From the NCBI GenBank assembly GCA_036630325.1, contig CP142736.1, positions 124,001 through 188,000 on the forward strand: 64,000 nt of DNA. The letters run 5' to 3'. The notes beneath the pieces were generated by a model that made no database searches, had not been told where the DNA came from, and saw only the letters and a list, made by a program, of their open reading frames with translations. This document shows positions 55,965 to 64,000 of the stretch, one piece after another. The stretch comes from Vairimorpha necatrix. Its lineage: Eukaryota. A program made the translations under genes and the position numbers. Each line of letters starts with the position of its first letter. The first letter of the stretch is position 1.

Positions 55965-58371
55965 CATAAAGAAATCAGATATACCTATGAATGAAATAAT
56001 GCGAAACATTGATTGTTTTTATTATCGCATAACGACACTTTACACTTTTTACAGAACCAGGAGTCATTTTCCTACAATTATTAAATTTACACTTATTTCT
56101 AGAAACCATAAATATTTTTTCCTGACCAATACAATCGCGACGCACGTCATTAGAGGGTAGTACTTGTACACCAGCCCGGGGTCTTTTTATAGTTACTGTA
56201 GTGTCTTGTCGGCTGTTGGTACTGGGTCTTCCCCTTTTATTGTTCGAGTGACTTTGATATCTACATAAAGTATCGTCAAGCTCAATTCTAAAATCTGTTA
56301 ATTTCATAATATTCTTATGAAGCGTTCCTTTTGCCATGTTTACTTTTTTGTATAGTACCTAAGCATTATTGACAGTCATGTCTAATAAGTGGTAAAAGAG
56401 CCTCGTTGTCCATTTTCTCGACTTTATGCGGATGAGATAACGACCAATGAAGCTATCCATCAAATAGACGCCGCCCATGTGTGCATTATATTCTTTTACG
56501 ACCCGAGGACATGATACTTGAACATTGGCCTTTAGTTTTTTTCGTAGCGGGTAATAGTATTTGCTGGTTCGGCGCCAACATACGTGGAAAGTAATAGTAC
56601 TTGTTTGTCGTCTTTCCTACTTGTGGCCGAAAATTCTTGGCCTTCGTGAGAGGCTACATTTTCGTGGTATGTTCCTCTGGGTATGTTACACTTCATAATT
56701 TGCTGTTTCTCCGGCAACTTGCACGACTTTTAAGCCTGTTTTTCTGTACTGTTCCAAGAAAATAAATACCTTCGTTGGTCAAGTAATGTAGCAGAGGAAT
56801 ATTCGTATAAAAATTGTCAAAATAAGTTATATGATTGACGTGCCTTGTTATGGTCATAACAATCGAATAACTGTATTCGATATAACTCCGAGGTCTGGTT
56901 CGCCAGGTAAAAAGTCCATGTTCTTAGCTCCTGAGTAAATCTCAAAATTGTAGGCATACACAGACAGAGAGCATAAAACAAATAATTTGAATCCCCACTT
57001 ATGGGGCTTGTTAGGTAAGTATTGTTTCATAAAATGTTTAATTTTAGTTGAAAAATTTGCTCGTCTAGTGATAGACGATGCTCAAATGGGACTGTAATAA
57101 ATTTTTTGTTCAAATAGTCTAGCACTGGTCTTACTTTATGCAGTCGGTCGTGCTGGGGATGATCAATGTGCAAATGTTTAGAGTCGTCATTCGATAGAAA
57201 AATCTGTCTAATTTTAGCAAATTTGTTGCGATTCATATTTGCTATGGGTTCAAACTTTGTAATGTTGGACCAGTATGACCTGACACTAGGATAATGATAT
57301 ACACTAGTAAAAATAAGAATTCCAATAAATTTTCGTAATTCTAAGACAGTTAAAGGTTCTGTAGAGTTAGGATTCTTTTGGAAAGCATATTTATTTGAAT
57401 CGTCCACTAGAAATCTCAAAAGTTCTTACCGAAAAAATAAGAAAAAAACTGAAAAGGAATGTCTAAGTTCATAATTTCAAGTGAATGCTCAGTGGTTCCA
57501 GTAAACTGAAAAGCATTTTGGACAATATCCATATTCTTTACTCTCCACACTAAGTTTCTAGAGTTAAAAGGTGCAGTTTGCAGGTTGTTCTGGCTGCTGG
57601 TTGTAGAAGTTGGTCTTCGTTCAACAGTCTCTAATTTATGTTGCATGTTGTATCTACGTTTGTTGCAGGCGGATCTGCCTCAAAGTTTGGGTCAGTGTGA
57701 AAATTACCTACATCCTCTTCATCTTCTACTTCCATCAGACGTGTTTTAGGCTCGAATAATAGTCTATATCATCTTCATTGTCGGTGGAATCTTCTATTGA
57801 AATTTCACCATTTTCTAACCGCTTCAACATTGTCTCAATCTCCTCTGGTCGCATTTTTGATAAATTTCTATAATAAAATAAAAATAAGTAATTCCAACAC
57901 CAAGTCATGCAAAAAAAATAATGAAATAGAAGTTCAAAAAGATTTTGTAGCTAAAGAATTGGTAGGTAGGTTTTATGTAGGACGGAATGCCTGTAGTATC
58001 AAAATTGATACTCACAAAAATAGCACTAGTATCTTCAAGTAAAACATGCACTCGCAAAAAATAATTATATCATAGCAATTTAATATATTCTCTTACCTTA
58101 AAAGTATTTATATTCTTCAGAAAAACCAAAAATATAAAATTTGTATTCAACAAAACTTTTAGTAAAATGTGTTTATTTGTTCACTTTGCCGCGAAAGTAA
58201 TATGTCATAGACAAAATAAAACTATAGTGACATTTGTTTTTTTTAATTACGTTGGAAAGAATATTAAACAACAGTAAAATACGTACGGCCAACCTATAAA
58301 AAAACGAATAGTAATTGAAACATTTGGTTTGAAATATTGGTATCAAAATTGAAACTCTAGGTTATTAAGGG
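55965..58371 (-). mobile_element. piggyBac transposon, defective
   Basis: TTAA|CCCTTAAT terminus at 58375-58364; ATG ~57854; LSLDEQ, QYLPNKPHKWGFK, FDNFYT, YNAHMGGV, KSRKW..RLFYHLLD. Confidence 0.93.
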
Positions 58372-58375
58372 TTAA

Positions 58376-61020
58376 CGTGCATTAGCAAGTTAAATCTCCC
58401 AAAATGAATAAGTAAATTCTTAGAAGTAACTGTTAAAAGGCGGCACATTGAGATAAAAATAGGATCGGAAACTATACTGAATAAGAAGATTGAAAAGGGC
58501 ATACTACAAGGCGATTCCTTGTCGCAACTTTTGTTTGTACTATGTATGGTTCCGTTGAGCAGGAAACTGAATTCAACTTACATAAAAGTAGGAATACAGA
58601 CTCACGAAAGTGTTTATGTAACAAACCATCTTCTATTTATTGATGATCTTAAGCTTCTCGCAGAGAACGATGTCGTTTTAAAACTGATGAATGAGAAAAC
58701 TAAAAAGGTTTTCCTATCTGTAGGTTTAGAAATGAACAGAAGTAAGTCTGCAACTAACTATAGTGATTGTAGTGAAGATGCAGTAGTACTAATAGGGCAT
58801 CAAGGATACAAATGCCTTGGAATAACAGAAGATGCCTCTAGTGCTGTCAAAAGAGAGACTTTTAAAAAAGTAAGAAATAAGATCCTACAGAGGGATGAAA
58901 AACTGTGCAAGACTCAATTAAATGGTAAGAATATGATTCGAGCTATAAACGAGCATACAATATCAGCAATAAACTATCATGTAGGTCTTCTTAAATTGGA
59001 AACAATGTATTCGAAAAGTCTCGATTTCGGTATCCGACAGGTACTTATCAAGTACCAGATCCATCTACGGCCATCTGCAAGAAAAGACAATGGTACATGA
59101 CCGTTTGGAACCCGCTTTGGGAAAATGAACCCGCATTGAAATTTTAAAGGACCCCCCTTTAAAAAAATGGCAAAATTGGCAAAAACAATGTTTGTTGAAG
59201 AAGATGAGCTTTTTAGTGATGAAATGTTTTTAAACATGGAAATAAATGAAAATTTTATTTTGGAAACATTTGATGCTGAAGAGTCGTCGCCTTGCTCGTT
59301 TCTGTAACTAGTAGGCATACTGCTTTTTCCTTGAGGTAATACAAGAAATGTATAACCTGTTTCTATTATGATCTCTAATCAATGGATAGCATATGATGCC
59401 ACATTAGCTAAGTAAAGGGATGGAGCACAGTACTAAGAATCCCTCCATAAATGCTATAACTTCTAGCGATTCTAATTCACAACACCATATAATTTAGTTG
59501 GTTTTCGCTCATTTCTATAAGAAATTCGATCTAACAAAACAAAGAAGAACACTATGAGTACCTTTTACAGTTTCACTGGGCTTTCCAAATTCCCAAAAAT
59601 CACCGGATAAATTGTCTTCTGTCATTATTTAAAATAAATCGTTAAGTCCCTTTTTTATTTTTCCCTTTTTTATAATTTTTTTTATTTTTCCCTTTTTTTG
59701 AATTTTTTCAATGCGGGTTCATTTTCCCAAAGCGGGTTCCAAACGGTCATGTACCAAGACAATACCTACCTAGATCCAAAATGGTGAGAGGCCTTATAAG
59801 TATCGAAGATAGAAGCGAAAGTATACTTCTGAATATTTTTAAAAAATTAGATGGATCTAGAAATAGCTCACTAAGACGGGCAGCGATACTTAAAGTAGAG
59901 GCAGAAAGCAAATCACACTTGTTTACAGTTATCGAGGTTAAGGATTAAATATAGCTTTGTAGGAAAATTAACCCAGAAGATGCTAATAGAATCCCAAAAA
60001 GAAGCGTTTTACAACAAAAAAGACAAAAGGACAAACCATGCAAAGTTGTTTAAAGCTAGGGACAATGATTTAGTAAGCATTAGGGACTTTTATACCTGGT
60101 TGGTTAAAGGAAACAATCAGGCTAGATCTGAAGCAATTTACTGCTTCCTACAGGATAGAAATATCTTCTGTGGACAAGAGGGACAATGTCCCCATTGTGG
60201 AACTCATAGGAAGACCGTAGATCATTTAGCTATCAAGTATGATCGAATGCTGGGTTTTATTATATGAAAAGACACAACGAGGTAGTTAGATGATTCATCT
60301 CTTACTATGTATTAAATATGGGTTTAAGAAGACAAAGAAAATACGTTGACACTCAGTACAAGAGATCATGGAAAATGATCGTGCAGAAATAAGAGTAGAT
60401 ACGAGAATATCCACTAATATAAGGTGACCCATAATAAGCCTGATATTCTTGTGTTTGACAAGAAGAAGAAAGAAATTTTAATAGTTATAGTTGGTATAAC
60501 CAACCAGGATTAACTTACAATAGTTGAGAATGAAAAATTAAGAAAAAATGACCTTCTTGCAAATGAACTGGGACTAATACATAAATCCTGGACAAGAATA
60601 GTTCCTTATGTAATGACATGGGATGAAGTGGTGACCAAATATCACAGAAAATACACCAGGGAGCTAAAATCCAAACCTACCTGGAAGCATATATCCAGTC
60701 TATTGTGATGAAGAAGACTCTAGAGTCCATCTCTTTGGAACGACGACGAGGATACGATCAGGAGGATGCAGGAGAAGAAGAAGTGGCAAGAGCTGTAAGC
60801 GCACTAGCGAATTATGCGACTGTTAAAGAAATGGTGTCGGCAAAGGGGAATGAAGCTGTAAAGCGAAGTTGGAAAAAGTTAATAATTCTACAGAAACCAA
60901 AGTCTGTGAAGAGCTGAATCCCATGAGCGATACCGGGGGAAGCTGTGCTATGAATATCTAATCTTAATGATAAATTAACTCTGTTGAATATTTATAAATT
61001 TGTATTTTTATTACCCCTAA
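58376..61020 (+). mobile_element. R4/Dong-like non-LTR retrotransposon (RT, CCHC, RLE), 5'-truncated and decayed
   Basis: GILQGDSLS, NHLLFIDDLKL, YK.LGI, YLPR...RGL, CPHC..TVDHL, HNKPDILVFDK, PYVMTWD; interrupted by MITE 59092-59755; 3' end approximate. Confidence 0.92.
59092..59755. mobile_element. Non-autonomous Merlin-type element (664 bp)
   Basis: Perfect 50-bp TIRs GGTACATGACCGTTTGGAACCCGC...GCATTGAAA; exact 8-bp TSD AAGACAAT (59084-59091, 59756-59763). Confidence 0.95.
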
Positions 61021-61143
61021 GATATCTTAAAATAAACAAACTCAATAAATCTTTTATAATCTGTACACAATTATATTTTAATACAAGTTTTTACAATTTT
61101 ATAAATTTACAAGCATTTTTTACCCTTCTAATTTTTTAGAATT

Positions 61144-61733
61144 GGGGAACAAAACGCCCCCCTCTAAGGGTGTTCACTTTATTTTTTTGAACTCCAAAAA
61201 CAAGTGGAAAATAAAGGAGAAGGAATCAATAGCACTTAAAATACTTGCATCTTTAAACATAAAAAAACAAATAAAGATACATTTGTATACGAAATTGAAT
61301 TTAAAAAAAAGAATATAGTCATAAAATTATATAATTCTATATAACTTCTCATATTTTAAATTAAATTTTTTGATTTAACAATCTTTATAGATCGTTGAAC
61401 ATTTATTTAATTTTCCTTATATAAATGTTATTTATATTTTTAATTTTTGGTTTAATATAAAAGTAGATTTTTGATAAAAATCTCTTTTTAAAATAAACCA
61501 AAAATTAAAAAAATTGAAAAAATAAGAAGGGGAAAAAGGTACAATACTTTAAATGATTTCAAATTAAATCTAAAATTGATTTTTGTATCTAAGCATATAT
61601 TTATTTACTATTTTTAAGGTCATAAGTGCTTAGTAATTTTTGTCCCCTTCCTGCTCTTCCTTTATTTTGCACTTCGTTTTTGGGGTTCGAAAAAATAAAA
61701 TGAACACCCTCAGAGGGGGGTCTTTCGGATCCC
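61144..61733. mobile_element. Old fold-back/MITE-like element with long diverged TIRs
   Basis: CCCCCCTCT(A/G)AGGGTGTTCA(C/T)TTTATTTTTT..AAGTG(G/C)AAAATAAAGGA inverted at both ends; AT-rich non-coding interior; no TSD seen. Confidence 0.75.
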
Positions 61734-62540
61734 AGCTCCAGACAAAAAACTGAAAAAGCCATTTCGAAGATTTAAGACTAAAGTTTACTTTAATATATTT
61801 TATTTGATATTGTCTAACAATAAGCACAAAATTGGTGTACTTCGGAACTGTTGCCAAATATGTGACTTTTGTTTGTTATTTTGTTTGCAAGACTCATATT
61901 GACAGGCGACATAGGATATTTGACACGCTTTTGAAAACATATGACAGATGAGTTTTCTGACATTTGTCTATGTGATGAAGTCATATACATTACAGTTATT
62001 GTTACTTATTTCTATCCTTTTTTTGTAAATTTCGCTAACAAATGTGTACAGAATCGTTTTGGATCTTTAGAACATTCGTAAATGTTAAAACTTAAAACCA
62101 ATATTGTTAAATGCGGGAAATACATATATACATTTAAAATACAATTTTATAAATAATTTTGAGCAAATTTCAATTTGTTATCTAATAATTTTAGTATTCG
62201 CATTTTTATAAAACAGTGTTCTTATTTCAAGTAAAGGATGTTTTTTTTTGAATTTAAATTTCATTTCATAATAAGAATATCAGGAAATATTAAAATATTG
62301 TATTTAGATTTAGTTTTTAAAACGTAAAGCAATGCTGCACTTGCATACAAGCTCTGTAGATTTTACATTTTTGACATCAATAAAAAAAACCATAATTAGA
62401 TCGAAAATGTCATTTTTCTGTCAAGTTGATAAACAAGTTATAAAAATGTTTATTATAGATATAATAACAAAAAGAAATAAAGTCTATAAAGTTTAATAAA
62501 ATTTATTCAATGAATAATTTTTTTATTTTTATAAGCCCAT

Positions 62541-64000
62541 ATGGATATCTTCAAAATTTTTACAAGTATATTATTTGTGTTAGGACATCTGCATCGACAT
62601 GCTTATGATAATTTGTATACTGTGATAAATAGTAAAATAAAAAACAAAGATTATTTTGAGATAGATGTTAAAAAAACATATTTTAGAGTAAATTTAATTT
62701 TTGATTGCGATAGAAATGAATTAAATGCTATAACAGTCTGCAACTCCCCTTTTATTAACAAAACCGAAGCAGTAAACAGATTCAAAATTAATTGTGCCGA
62801 GAAACCTTCACAAGATATTGTTAGAGAGATTGAAGAAAATTTATTGGGCTATTGTAAATATATGAATCCCGACTATATCGTGGTAACTTACAATCCAGCA
62901 TATTGTGAGAATCCTGTGTTCTTACAAATAATCAATTTTTTAATTCAAAAAAATTTAACATTAAAAAATAGAATTAATCGTCCTAGTGTATTGTATGAAT
63001 ACATAATCGAAAACACGTCTTCATGGATTCTTATGTTTTTAAATATATATAAACAACAACATAACAAAGATAATAGTCGTCCCGAAAGTTTTTTAACTTA
63101 TAGTATAAAAGAAAATATAAGTTTTATAACTTTTTGTATTGAAAATAAGAATATTAAGTATCTATTTGAAATAAACGCAGAAGAAATTTATAAAGAAGGG
63201 GTTTCTACTCGGGTAGATAGAAAAACACAAAAGAGTAATGAGATAGATGTAAAAATTAGTGAATATTTTTTTAAATTATACAAAAATGTTTATATTGACA
63301 TTGATTATAGATATTCTAAGCCTTTTTTTGAATTTCATACATTTGACAAAATTGATTTTATAAGTGGCAGTTTATGTATCGAGATATTATATGATAAAAT
63401 TTGCTTTACTCAAAGACATTTTACTTATTTTTTTAATCCAAACGAAATAACAAGCTTATTTGAAAATAGAGACTATGATGAAAATGAATGGATTAGAGAG
63501 TTTAAAGAAGTTTTTGGAAAGATTCGTGCAATAGATGAAATTGATAAACGTCGTATAGGCATTGAAATGTTTTTTAGATTGATAAAATATCACAATAAAG
63601 TGACTTTTTTATTAGAAAAAATATTTAGTGCGCATGGTTCACCATTGAACGTTTTATTGGCGCATCTTTTGATATCTGAAAGATTAATCAACGAAAATTC
63701 ATTAAAAATTTTAATAATAAAGGGAGAAGACTTTAACAAAGAAAAAAAAATTCAGCTTTGTAAAGAAATCGAAAAAAATCTACTAAAGTTTATTTGCAGG
63801 TCAAGTAGTTTTATGATTAAAATCTGTTTATTTATAGAAGCTGAAAAATATATAAATGGGGTTAGTACAAAAAAAGATCCTGAATTTGAATTATTAAATA
63901 TTATTGGAGACCTAATAAGATTAAAAGAAAAGAAACACAATATTATAGAAAATATTCAATCAAATTTATCTCTTTGCAAAAATAAGATTGATATCATTAC
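62541..64000 (+). CDS. Expanded family member 3, runs off window (not in ORF track)
   Basis: aagcccatATG MDIFKIFTSILFVLGHLHRHAYDNLYTVINSKIKNKDYFEIDVKKTYFRV; closest to 48080. Confidence 0.9.
   Translation, partial: MDIFKIFTSILFVLGHLHRHAYDNLYTVINSKIKNKDYFEIDVKKTYFRVNLIFDCDRNELNAITVCNSPFINKTEAVNRFKINCAEKPSQDIVREIEENLLGYCKYMNPDYIVVTYNPAYCENPVFLQIINFLIQKNLTLKNRINRPSVLYEYIIENTSSWILMFLNIYKQQHNKDNSRPESFLTYSIKENISFITFCIENKNIKYLFEINAEEIYKEGVSTRVDRKTQKSNEIDVKISEYFFKLYKNVYIDIDYRYSKPFFEFHTFDKIDFISGSLCIEILYDKICFTQRHFTYFFNPNEITSLFENRDYDENEWIREFKEVFGKIRAIDEIDKRRIGIEMFFRLIKYHNKVTFLLEKIFSAHGSPLNVLLAHLLISERLINENSLKILIIKGEDFNKEKKIQLCKEIEKNLLKFICRSSSFMIKICLFIEAEKYINGVSTKKDPEFELLNIIGDLIRLKEKKHNIIENIQSNLSLCKNKIDII

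Overview
AT-rich, intron-poor eukaryotic DNA with short CCC/GGG motifs just upstream of ATGs. By gene content and promoter style it looks microsporidian (Nosema/Vairimorpha-like; inference, species not determined). The gene-dense core (11-42 kb) encodes FYV10/MAEA, a Net1-like protein, GSH1, a Cdt2-like WD40 protein, Heh/Src1, UAP1, RPL35, CCT1, a LEA-like protein, a PSP1-domain protein, Mif2/CENP-C, Chs7, HP1/Swi6, a NIPA transporter, a Sos7/Kre28-like protein and gamma-COP. The gene-poor flanks hold three paralogues of an unknown ~770-aa family and a pile-up of decayed transposons (R4/Dong-like non-LTR, Merlin, integrase relics, hAT, piggyBac, MITEs). Two non-coding systems stand out. (1) Three diverged copies (6370, 12377, 43253) of a ~710-780 nt element with a tRNA-like head, fixed-position conserved blocks and apparently covarying helices including a pseudoknot; it is a candidate long SINE or large structured RNA/ribozyme. 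(2) Seven ~520-bp non-autonomous Helitron units, six in head-to-tail triplets, built from near-invariant blocks and shuffled variable segments. All calls are by eye; no searches or folding were run.
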